A DNA stretch of 64,000 bases from Candidatus Saccharimonadales bacterium. GTDB lineage: Bacteria; Patescibacteriota; Saccharimonadia; Saccharimonadales; UBA4665. Each line of letters opens with the position of its first letter. Position 1 is the stretch's first letter. The stretch covers positions 417-64,416 of the forward strand of contig DASTWA010000009.1 of the NCBI GenBank assembly GCA_035758825.1, in the 5' to 3' direction. A program made the translations under genes and the position numbers. Shown here in pieces: positions 19,521 to 27,685 of the stretch. Under the pieces are notes generated by a model. It was not told where the DNA came from, did no database searches, and was given only the letters and a program-made list of their open reading frames with translations.

Positions 19521-19593
19521 GCAAGCGAACCCTAACGTTAACTCTAGTGCTTATATGATACTGGGCACCAGTGTAAGGCGCAAGGCTATTGTA

Positions 19594-20301
19594 TTATGAT
19601 TCGACAGTATGGCGGACGATAACCTCGGGGGTGACTTGCTCAGGCGAAATGGCATTCGCAATGGTAAAATCACCGACTTTTGTGCGTCGCAGGCCACTCA
19701 TATACGCTCCAGTGCCCAATGCCTTGCCCGCATCCTCGACAAGGGAGCGAATGTACGTACCGCTCGATACATGAGCCGTAAATCGGATGATTGGATACTC
19801 ATACGCTAATACCTCGATGTGCTCGATATGAACCGGTCGCGCCTGTAGCTCCGGGGCCTTGCCGGCGCGGGCCAGCTTATATGCTCGCTGACCGTTGATT
19901 TTTATTGCCGAAAAAGCGGGCGGGGTCTGCATTGTGTCGCCAACAAAAGCCGCCAGAGCATTCCGAACATCTTCTTTTGACGGCTCCAGATCGGATACAA
20001 ACGTCTTTTCACCTTCCTCATCACCAGTGGTACTGGTTTGACCTAGGCGCATTGTCACTTCGTAGACTTTGTCCAACTTGGTCAAGCTCATAGCCCGTTT
20101 GGTATACGTCCCAAGCAAGAGGACGAGCAATCCGGTTGCCATCGGATCAAGCGTGCCGGTATGCCCTACCGGAAAACGTTTTTTGCCAGTACTATTCAGT
20201 TCGGAATTTTGGATTACACGCCTAACGCGATTTACAGCGTCAAAGGACGTCCAGCCTCGGGGTTTGTCGATCAATAATATACCGTTCATTGGTACAAGCA
20301 T
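19594..20301 (-). CDS. truB: tRNA pseudouridine(55) synthase
   Basis: 235 aa with LLIDKPRGWTSFD and the catalytic GHTGTLDPMATG. The start may be the Met at 20289. Confidence 0.9.
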   Translation of the reverse strand: MLVPMNGILLIDKPRGWTSFDAVNRVRRVIQNSELNSTGKKRFPVGHTGTLDPMATGLLVLLLGTYTKRAMSLTKLDKVYEVTMRLGQTSTTGDEEGEKTFVSDLEPSKEDVRNALAAFVGDTMQTPPAFSAIKINGQRAYKLARAGKAPELQARPVHIEHIEVLAYEYPIIRFTAHVSSGTYIRSLVEDAGKALGTGAYMSGLRRTKVGDFTIANAISPEQVTPEVIVRHTVES

Positions 20302-20346
20302 ACCCTTCGCGAGTATTTAATCAAACTGCAAGATCAGTTGCACATA

Positions 20347-22320
20347 CTAGTACGGATTAGTCGGCGGCATCATCGGGGGCGGTACTGGGGGCGGTGCGTT
20401 TGGGTCTGTGGTTGCCTGCCCTTGTTCGGGCTCAACCAAATGCAAGGTCGGATTATTCTGGGGGTTCTGGTCTGCTGGCACAACTGCCGGTGCCGTGTTG
20501 CCCAACGGCAAGTTGACGGTCTGTGCGTTCAACGCTTCAATGGGGTCCAAGTTGGATGAAGGGGATGCGCCAATAGCCTGTTCCACTGCGTCCCTTGCAC
20601 TACTTACATCCGGTGTGGAAGGATTGGCAGCCGGATTGTCATTGGGCGTAAGAGCACTGTCATTTGGCAACGGGTTAGACTGATTGTCGGAAGTGCCCGA
20701 TCCGGGAGCCGAAAAGCTATTGATGTCGAAGGTTATCGGGTTGCTCGTCTGTGGGGCTTGTGCAGAAGAGCCTGTCTCTGGCAGCGGAGGCAGCATCGTA
20801 TCGCTGGGCGCCATGTCCACAGATGTATCGGCGTGTGGGCTGTGGACGTCCTGTTCGATGTCGCTTAACGTGCGGTCGGCCCCAATCGATCCTGTCGGTG
20901 CCGTCGGATTGCCGCTGCCAACCAAGAAGCTGTCAGCCGGAGCCGCACCGCCTGCAGGTTCTTCATAATCCGGTGACCCGGGGCTGGGGGGCATTATAGT
21001 CTGGCCCATCGGAGGCGTCGACGGCGTAACGTCATGGTTCGGCAGCGTGCCTGTCTCTGCCGCCTCTCCAAAGCCGGGTGTGGCTGATGCGGTCAACTGA
21101 CCGCCCAGGGTCGGTGGTTCGAGCACCATCTTCGGCGGTTCGCTATGCCGGATGATTGTGGGAGGTTCACTCGGAGCCTTAGGTGGCAACGTATCTTCGA
21201 GAGGGCTTAGGGCGCCACCTTCGTCTATGTGAATCTGGGGAGCTATCTGTTCCGGCTTCTCTTCTGGCGGCACGGATACTGCTTCGGGGGCTGATTTTTC
21301 GGGCTCAAGCTCGGCTTCGGCCTTTGGTTCTTCTTGTTTTTGCGCTGTCTCTGGCTCCGAATTTTCCTCGGGTACGGCTTCTTCTTTCTTTTCTTCCTGA
21401 GGCTGCTCGGTTTTGAGCTCTTTTTCTTTTTGGGCAGGCTCGGTAGCTTCTTGAGCAGTCAATTTTTCGTCATGACTAATCTCAAGAGTGCCGTCATCCG
21501 GCTTCTTCTCTTCCTTTGGTTCGTCTTGGACGGATTCTTTACTCTCTTGGGCAATTGGCGCCGGTGGAGGAGGCGGCGCAGGCTCCTCCAGCTTAGTTGC
21601 AACAAGCTGCTGGTTGGCACCGCCAGCCATCAGCTCTGCGCTGATGCTCATTGTCTGCGGCGATGTCTTGGCATTGCTAAAGCGCTCAGTCTCGGCGACA
21701 ATACCAGTCAGTAATGCGGTTGCGATCTGTGTATCGATAAGTTTTTTGTCGAGTAGTTCGATTAATTGCGTAGCGAGCTCGCTAAGGCTGCTGGCATTGG
21801 GGTCAAGCCAGTTGATACTGCCCAGCTCCCCGCCCGGCTTTACATTCATGGTTACGACAGTAGCGTCATGCAGAATACGGCCGTGGCTGGTGATTGCCTG
21901 GTCGAGGTCGGCTTGGTTATGAACCCCGAGAGCCAGGACAACATCGACGTTAAAGTCACCTTGGCTAAACTCAAGGTCTTTCTCGTTGATCGATGTCTTG
22001 TAGGGAGTGATGAAAATCTTAACGACCCGGTCTTCGACTTTGTAGCGAAGCTTGTCGGCTTTGGACTTGTCGAGGGCAATGATGAAGTCGCGAAGCGAAT
22101 CGGTATTTTTCTCTAGGGTCTTTTCCGGCTGGAGAAACTCGATAGTTGACGGTGTCGCGCCGCTGTATACAGCCGTGGCGTGCTTCCCCATTTTGTTGAG
22201 GGTCAACGTCAGGCCGATGCAGGCTGCAAGCTGGTCAACGGAGGGATTGCTGCTAACGGTTACCAGGATGTTGTTCGCTTGTTTGATTCGTTCAGCTGCC
22301 TGCTGCTTTTGGCTGTCCAT
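20347..22320 (-). CDS. DHH/DHHA1-like protein with degenerate catalytic motifs and a long Pro/Glu/Ala-rich C-terminal tail
   Basis: 657 aa. The first ~250 aa are colinear with NrnA-type DHH phosphoesterases, in the position where actinobacterial genomes carry a DHH gene upstream of truB. The last ~400 aa are low complexity (PPPPAP, EEKKEE, PPVPPPMMPP). Confidence 0.7.
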   Translation of the reverse strand: MDSQKQQAAERIKQANNILVTVSSNPSVDQLAACIGLTLTLNKMGKHATAVYSGATPSTIEFLQPEKTLEKNTDSLRDFIIALDKSKADKLRYKVEDRVVKIFITPYKTSINEKDLEFSQGDFNVDVVLALGVHNQADLDQAITSHGRILHDATVVTMNVKPGGELGSINWLDPNASSLSELATQLIELLDKKLIDTQIATALLTGIVAETERFSNAKTSPQTMSISAELMAGGANQQLVATKLEEPAPPPPPAPIAQESKESVQDEPKEEKKPDDGTLEISHDEKLTAQEATEPAQKEKELKTEQPQEEKKEEAVPEENSEPETAQKQEEPKAEAELEPEKSAPEAVSVPPEEKPEQIAPQIHIDEGGALSPLEDTLPPKAPSEPPTIIRHSEPPKMVLEPPTLGGQLTASATPGFGEAAETGTLPNHDVTPSTPPMGQTIMPPSPGSPDYEEPAGGAAPADSFLVGSGNPTAPTGSIGADRTLSDIEQDVHSPHADTSVDMAPSDTMLPPLPETGSSAQAPQTSNPITFDINSFSAPGSGTSDNQSNPLPNDSALTPNDNPAANPSTPDVSSARDAVEQAIGASPSSNLDPIEALNAQTVNLPLGNTAPAVVPADQNPQNNPTLHLVEPEQGQATTDPNAPPPVPPPMMPPTNPY

Positions 22321-22441
22321 ACTTTTTGTTTTACCTTAAGGTTTGCACTCTTAGGCAAAGCGTACCACATAACCATAAGCTTGTCGATAAGTTTATCTGA
22401 ATACCTTGTGTATAGGTACTGTCCGCTGGCTATCCCACCTC

Positions 22442-22470
22442 TTTACAACACTGGTCAACTCCTGTATAGT
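22442..22470 (+). promoter_or_regulatory. sigma70-type promoter of rpsT
   Basis: TTTACA-17 nt-TATAGT, about 35 nt upstream of the rpsT ATG. Confidence 0.5.
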
Positions 22471-22505
22471 TTACTTCGACAAATTAACAACAAAGGTACC
22501 AGAGA

Positions 22506-22892
22506 ATGCCAATTATCAAGTCAGCAAAAAAGCGCGTAAAGGTCGCAAACAAAGCGGCTGTACGCAACAGTAAAACCAAGCGCACCCTTAAAGGCGCCCT
22601 TAAGGCTTTTCACCGTGCAGTCACCGGGGGCGGCAAAGACGTCAAAGAAACGCAGAGCAAAGCTCAGAGCGCTCTTGACACCGCCGCTAAAAAGGGTGTT
22701 ATTCACAAGAACAAGGCCGCCCGCAAGAAGAGCCAAGCCGCTAAGGCCGCGAAAGCTGCTGCAGGGGTAACCAGCAAGGCTGCTGCTAAAAAGGCGCCCG
22801 CAAAGAAGTCCGCCCCAGCCAAAAAAGCTACGGCTGCCAAAAAGCCCGTCGCCAAGAAGCCGACCGCCAAAAAGACTGTCGCAAAGAAATAG
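22506..22892 (+). CDS. rpsT: 30S ribosomal protein S20 with Lys/Ala-rich C-terminal extension
   Basis: 128 aa. MPIIKSAKKRVKVANKAAVRNSKTKRTLKGALK… is typical of S20. About 45 extra residues consist of AKKA/PAKK repeats. Confidence 0.9.
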   Translation: MPIIKSAKKRVKVANKAAVRNSKTKRTLKGALKAFHRAVTGGGKDVKETQSKAQSALDTAAKKGVIHKNKAARKKSQAAKAAKAAAGVTSKAAAKKAPAKKSAPAKKATAAKKPVAKKPTAKKTVAKK

Positions 22893-23996
22893 CTAGCGCA
22901 ACGCACTGGCCAAAATCGCCGCACCTGCATGGTGCGGCGATTTGCTGTATTCGCCGCCAAGTACTGAGCGGGGGCTTTGGTCGAGCATATTTTTTACACG
23001 GGTGGCAGCTTCACGTTCTATTTGCCACTCGTTCCAACGGGGGCGCTCTCTTTTCAATATCCCCTCTTGGCAATCTACAGCGGCGCTCACCAGCACCATA
23101 ACGCCCGAAGCCCCCCACATTGCATCAATTGCCCTGTTAAAAGCCTGCCATTCTGCGCTGGCTTCGTCCTCACTGGTTGCACCGCGTAAAAATGACGCCG
23201 TGGCTTCCCTGCCGGCCGGTTCTCCAGCAGGAGATAGATTAAGTACATAATGCAACAACGAACGCTCGGCAGCATAGTAGGGGCTGCTGTCCCCGGGCCG
23301 GTCAGACGGGCTAACCGTGCAGTAGTCACCGTTCCGAACCACCAAATTCATGTGCTCCGCAAAAGCCTCGCCAGCCCAGTGCGGAAGCCAGCGCCCAAAC
23401 ACATGGCTTGCCTCATGGGGCAACGATTCATAGATGCTATCCATAACTTCCCTTTCGCGGGTCTGCTCATCCGGGCCGATCCCTTGGGCGATAGTCATGT
23501 GGTTAAAGGCATTCCGGTACTGGCCAACCTTCCACACCAGGATGGTATCGCGAAAGTCTCCCACGTACAGGCCCATAGCCCTAATGCGCCGGATTTTGGC
23601 GGTTGCACTCTGGCTTACCCACCCTTGGGCCATGCCATCATGCAAACGGTTGATATAACTGTCTTTCAAAAAAAAGAATCGCTCGGCAATTGCCGGCGAC
23701 CTGTTCAAGTTGTCTAAAATTGCATTGTGGCGTTTTAAGAAGTCTGCGATCTGTTCGTCCGATGCATCGTAGGCGAGCCACTCACTTGTCGGACGGAGAC
23801 GTCTACGCACGCCCGCCGGCGGTTCGTCCGAAAAGACATTTTGCACATATGTATCCAGCCGATCTGTCTGCAGCGGCTCTAGTTTTCTGATCTGCTCTCG
23901 TAGGTCATTCGTCTCAAACAAATCCCACTCATTTTGTTCAACAAATGAAGCGGCATGATGTTCGATTGCGTCTGGCGGAACGGGTTGATGTGACAT
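22893..23996 (-). CDS. hypothetical protein with HExxH motif (putative zincin-like)
   Basis: The start is set at ATG 23996 (MSHQPVP…), since the track start at 24035 is a TTG. The protein contains LPHEASHVFGRWLPHWAGEAFAEH. Its stop abuts the rpsT stop with no gap. Confidence 0.5.
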   Translation of the reverse strand: MSHQPVPPDAIEHHAASFVEQNEWDLFETNDLREQIRKLEPLQTDRLDTYVQNVFSDEPPAGVRRRLRPTSEWLAYDASDEQIADFLKRHNAILDNLNRSPAIAERFFFLKDSYINRLHDGMAQGWVSQSATAKIRRIRAMGLYVGDFRDTILVWKVGQYRNAFNHMTIAQGIGPDEQTREREVMDSIYESLPHEASHVFGRWLPHWAGEAFAEHMNLVVRNGDYCTVSPSDRPGDSSPYYAAERSLLHYVLNLSPAGEPAGREATASFLRGATSEDEASAEWQAFNRAIDAMWGASGVMVLVSAAVDCQEGILKRERPRWNEWQIEREAATRVKNMLDQSPRSVLGGEYSKSPHHAGAAILASALR

Positions 23997-24052
23997 ACTG
24001 CATATTTTTATAATACATAGTGGCCAAATATCCAATACGAGTATATCGTTTA

Positions 24053-24976
24053 CTAATTGTTCGCTAGCCTCAGTAAAAATAGCTGCAGGGCTTCGTCGGC
24101 GTCAATGCTGCTGCGCTTGAGCCGCATATCCAAATCGAGCAAGTCGGCGATGAGCTCCTTAATTTGTCCAAGGCTCAGCTGACGGGCGATGCCTTGGCTC
24201 TTGCGAACAACAAATGGGTTGAGCTTGGCCTCTTTGGAGATTTGGTCGGCAGTCCGCGGCGCACCGGCCTTTACGGTGGCAAGCACATGAAGCTGCCAGG
24301 CGAGCATGGCAAGGATAGCCTGAGGCTCTACCCTGAGGGCGCGTTGCTCCCTGTAAATCTGAAAAGCTTTCTGAGGATTCCCCGAAAAGGCCGCATCTAC
24401 CAACTCAAATACCGTACTCTGAGGCAACCGTTCAACTAAGAGCTCGATTGTATTCTTGGTAATCTCGTCGTTATATGCCAAAAGCTTGTCCAGTTCGCTC
24501 TGGAGCAGCTGCTGATTGGCGCCGATACGGTCAATAAGCAGCTTGGCGTCGGTCTGGCTGACCTTACCGCTCTTCTCGCTGACATATCCTACGGCCCACT
24601 TTGCCAATGCAAAGGCATCCAATTCGCCAAACTCCCGAAAGTCGGTCTGCTTTTTGAGAGTCTTATAATACACGCCGCGCTTGTCCAGCTTGGGCTCGTA
24701 GATAACGAGGTCAGTACTGTCGGCCGCAGCCTCCAGAATGTTTGCGATGCCTTCGGCAAATGACTTTTGTTTGCCCGGTTCGCGAAGGACAACCAGCTTT
24801 CGGACACTCAAAAATGGCATGCTCTGGATGCTTTCGATCATGCGTTCGCTCGGCGTATCCTCACCGTCAAAACGTTCGATTGCCATATCGCCATGCTCAG
24901 CCAAAAAAACCTGGACGATGCCGTCCAGCTCCTTCTTGCGGTGCAAGTCATTTGTCCCCGAGATCGTCACTATCAT
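24053..24976 (-). CDS. holA: DNA polymerase III subunit delta
   Basis: 307 aa with typical HolA length and layout (…FDGEDTPSERMIESIQSMPFLSVRKLVVLREPG…). Confidence 0.8.
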   Translation of the reverse strand: MIVTISGTNDLHRKKELDGIVQVFLAEHGDMAIERFDGEDTPSERMIESIQSMPFLSVRKLVVLREPGKQKSFAEGIANILEAAADSTDLVIYEPKLDKRGVYYKTLKKQTDFREFGELDAFALAKWAVGYVSEKSGKVSQTDAKLLIDRIGANQQLLQSELDKLLAYNDEITKNTIELLVERLPQSTVFELVDAAFSGNPQKAFQIYREQRALRVEPQAILAMLAWQLHVLATVKAGAPRTADQISKEAKLNPFVVRKSQGIARQLSLGQIKELIADLLDLDMRLKRSSIDADEALQLFLLRLANN

Positions 24977-24998
24977 ACAAGGCTATGATACCACGCTG

Positions 24999-25670
24999 TC
25001 AGCGTTGCAGACCGGTGACAAAGGCATGAATGTCGGCATAGGGCATATCGTACTCGGCGTGCACGATATGTTCGCGAAGCGCGGCATCAGCCCCTGTATC
25101 GACGTTATCGCCTTCTTGTATGGTCGTTGCCGAATCCATTAGCACGTACCGGTTATGGGTACCCTCTGCGTCGCTGACTTCGACGGCTGTTACTTGGACG
25201 TCACCATAACACCTGTTGAGCCGGTTCGCGTCGTCCTGGACAAGCTTGCCGCCAATGTACTGGTAGACGATATAATTGTCGCGTGCGGTTGGCTTGGCCA
25301 GCTCTATGCCGGTGGCATCGGCATCGGCCACCGAAAATGGCAGCTGCGAGGCGGGGTCGACGATTGGATTCACGATCACTTGCTCATGTTGAGAATCAAC
25401 GAATACAAAATCACGGCAGACCCAGGCCGCGAGCCTATCGGTCTTGGCCGGTACGATAGCATGTTCCGGAGCGCCTGCTGTCGGGTAGACAACCGGAAAA
25501 TGAGGCATGGTATCTACCCCTGGCGTATTAGACGCTCCGTGCCGGTTGCCGCCGATTAGCTGTAGGCCAATGAGCGTCGCGGCGGTCAAGCCGAGGGTTA
25601 TGCTGATCGGCAGCCAATTATAACGGGCATACTTTGGGATTCGTGGTGCGGCTTCTGCGGTCTTGGGCAT
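24999..25670 (-). CDS. N-terminally membrane-anchored hypothetical protein
   Basis: 223 aa with a single TM segment (WLPISITLGLTAATLIGLQLI) followed by a soluble domain. Confidence 0.55.
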   Translation of the reverse strand: MPKTAEAAPRIPKYARYNWLPISITLGLTAATLIGLQLIGGNRHGASNTPGVDTMPHFPVVYPTAGAPEHAIVPAKTDRLAAWVCRDFVFVDSQHEQVIVNPIVDPASQLPFSVADADATGIELAKPTARDNYIVYQYIGGKLVQDDANRLNRCYGDVQVTAVEVSDAEGTHNRYVLMDSATTIQEGDNVDTGADAALREHIVHAEYDMPYADIHAFVTGLQR

Positions 25671-25678
25671 CTCTACCT

Positions 25679-26575
25679 CTACTTAGGCGCTAATTTTACC
25701 ATCGGATGTACAACTTGGCAACGGGGACAAATATGCGTTCCCCTCCCCGCTGTCCGCATCTTAATAATCGTAGTGCCGCAACGGGGACACCGCTTGCCCT
25801 CGCGCCGAAAAACATTAGCAAATGCCAAATAACTGCCCCGTTTGCCTTCTGCATCCACATAGTTACGGTCAGTTGATCCGCCCTTATCGATGCTCAAGGT
25901 CAGTACGGCGCGGAGAGTGCGATAGAGGTCATCGCGCTGTCTGCGGCTGAGATCCTTCACTTTGGTTTCGGGATGAATTTTGGCCCCCCACAGGCTCTCG
26001 TCGGCATAAATATTACCCACACCAGCAATAACAGCCTGGTCCAAAAGGACTGTCTTAATGCCGCTCTTGGCGCGGCGGTCAAGCCGCAAGCTAAAGGCCT
26101 CAGGCGTAAACGTCGCGGCCAATGGCTCCGGGCCTACCTTTTTAAAAAAATCCAGCTCTCCTACTGCCGGCGTTGGCAAAAGCCGTACCCAGCCAAACTT
26201 ACGCTGGTCATTAAAAAAGAGCCTGCCGCCATCCTCGAAATCAAAAATTACCCGCGTCGATGAATCGGGCAAATCGCCCACCAGGCTCCGGCTGGGGTGA
26301 CCAGCACCAAATCGCCTGCCATCCCCCCTGTATACAAGCTGGCCGGTCATTTTTAGGTGGATCACCAGAGAGTACTCTGTGTTCAAATCGATGATGAGCA
26401 CCTTGGCGCGGCGGCGCACACCTATGACTGTAGCGCCGACCAAAAAAACTTGTACGTCGGTAGCAGCATTAGGAAAGCCCTTAGGCCAATCATGCGTGAC
26501 ATGCACGATCCGGTGTCCTGGCAGCAATCGCTGCAAACCCGCCCTAACTGTTTCTACCTCGGGTAATTCTGGCAT
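25679..26575 (-). CDS. mutM: formamidopyrimidine-DNA glycosylase
   Basis: 298 aa with the N-terminal MPELPEVETV, an H2TH region and a C-terminal CPRCG…CPRCQ zinc finger. Confidence 0.95.
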   Translation of the reverse strand: MPELPEVETVRAGLQRLLPGHRIVHVTHDWPKGFPNAATDVQVFLVGATVIGVRRRAKVLIIDLNTEYSLVIHLKMTGQLVYRGDGRRFGAGHPSRSLVGDLPDSSTRVIFDFEDGGRLFFNDQRKFGWVRLLPTPAVGELDFFKKVGPEPLAATFTPEAFSLRLDRRAKSGIKTVLLDQAVIAGVGNIYADESLWGAKIHPETKVKDLSRRQRDDLYRTLRAVLTLSIDKGGSTDRNYVDAEGKRGSYLAFANVFRREGKRCPRCGTTIIKMRTAGRGTHICPRCQVVHPMVKLAPK

Positions 26576-26658
26576 GCACTCATTGTACCGTCGGATTCGT
26601 GATGATAACAGCGTTAAACTGAACGCGTAGGGACGCTTTCTCTGGTATAGTTACATCC

Positions 26659-26895
26659 ATGGAAGACTTGCGTGACTTGATTGCCCGAAGAGCCCCAAAA
26701 GAACCGCAAGAAATTGCGGCCATTAAAGCCTATATATCAGACACACTCAATTCGCCGTCGCGTGTATCGTTACAGGGCGAAACGATTGTTATTACGGTTG
26801 CCAGTGCCGCGCTTGCCAACACATTGCGGTACCATACGGCCAAGCTCAAGACGGCCGCCCAAACCGACCGTCCGGTCATTATCCGGATCGGCTAA
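26659..26895 (+). CDS. DUF721/DciA-like small protein (tentative)
   Basis: 78 aa. The pattern …VSLQGETIVITVASAALANTLRYHTAKLK… resembles DUF721 proteins. This is pattern recognition only. Confidence 0.4.
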   Translation: MEDLRDLIARRAPKEPQEIAAIKAYISDTLNSPSRVSLQGETIVITVASAALANTLRYHTAKLKTAAQTDRPVIIRIG

Positions 26896-26916
26896 AACAT
26901 AAGCACGCAAAAGCTA

Positions 26917-27483
26917 TTACAGCCGAAGCCGGCTGACCATCTTGGCATAATCAGCGGTTGGCACCTGCTTGTCAAAGAGGCGCTTTACGTTCTCGGTGCT
27001 ACCCTTGAAGGTGCCCTGGCCCCCACAAGAAGTCGCCCAATAGCGTTGGATTTGTGATGTTCCCTTAACTATCTCGTAGACAAACCGGCTACCAAAGGCG
27101 CAGACACCGCGCTCGTCTTCGGCCTGACTGTCGGCTTCGGGGTTACCCTTGGAAAAGCCTGCAATATCAAGGGCGCGAAGGAAGTTGGTATAGCCCTCCT
27201 GATTGTTCGGATACGTTTTGGAGTCGATCGTGCTGTACTGATAGCCCTGCAGGGTCTCGATGCGGGTTTCGCTGCGGCCGACAGTAATCCGGTACGCCTG
27301 GTGCTGTTCATCGGCCACAATAGGACCGTCGACGGTCATCCGGACGATGGCATCGGTATTTGCATAGTCAGTCAGCGGATTAACCTCGGCTGGGTTATTA
27401 TTCCCGCCTAAACCTCGCAGTACTAAAAAGAACACGAGAATAACAAGTCCGATGCTGGCCAAAAAACCTAAGAAATATCTCAT
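26917..27483 (-). CDS. N-terminally membrane-anchored hypothetical protein
   Basis: The start is set at ATG 27483 (MRYFLGF…), preceded by GGTGGAG. The protein has one TM segment followed by a soluble domain with 2 Cys. Confidence 0.55.
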   Translation of the reverse strand: MRYFLGFLASIGLVILVFFLVLRGLGGNNNPAEVNPLTDYANTDAIVRMTVDGPIVADEQHQAYRITVGRSETRIETLQGYQYSTIDSKTYPNNQEGYTNFLRALDIAGFSKGNPEADSQAEDERGVCAFGSRFVYEIVKGTSQIQRYWATSCGGQGTFKGSTENVKRLFDKQVPTADYAKMVSRLRL

Positions 27484-27557
27484 AATCGTGGGCTCCACCT
27501 AGGAATATGCTATATCATATCACATTGGTGAATCTTTTTCAAGCACAACCACCCCCG

Positions 27558-27674
27558 TTACTGGACGCCGTCAAGATACTCTTTATTATCGAGGATGCGT
27601 GTCTGAGGCACATGTCCATTAGCCCGCATAATGTCGGGTATATTATCCCTGACTAGCTTTTGATAAGACGCCAT
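27558..27674 (-). pseudogene. 38-codon remnant resembling the N-terminus of MazG-like NTP pyrophosphohydrolases
   Basis: The translation is MASYQKLVRDNIPDIMRANGHVPQTRILDNKEYLDGVQ followed by a stop. The KLVRDxIPxI…RIL start is typical of ~100-aa house-cleaning pyrophosphatases. No continuation is visible downstream. Confidence 0.35.
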
Positions 27675-27685
27675 AACACTTCCTC

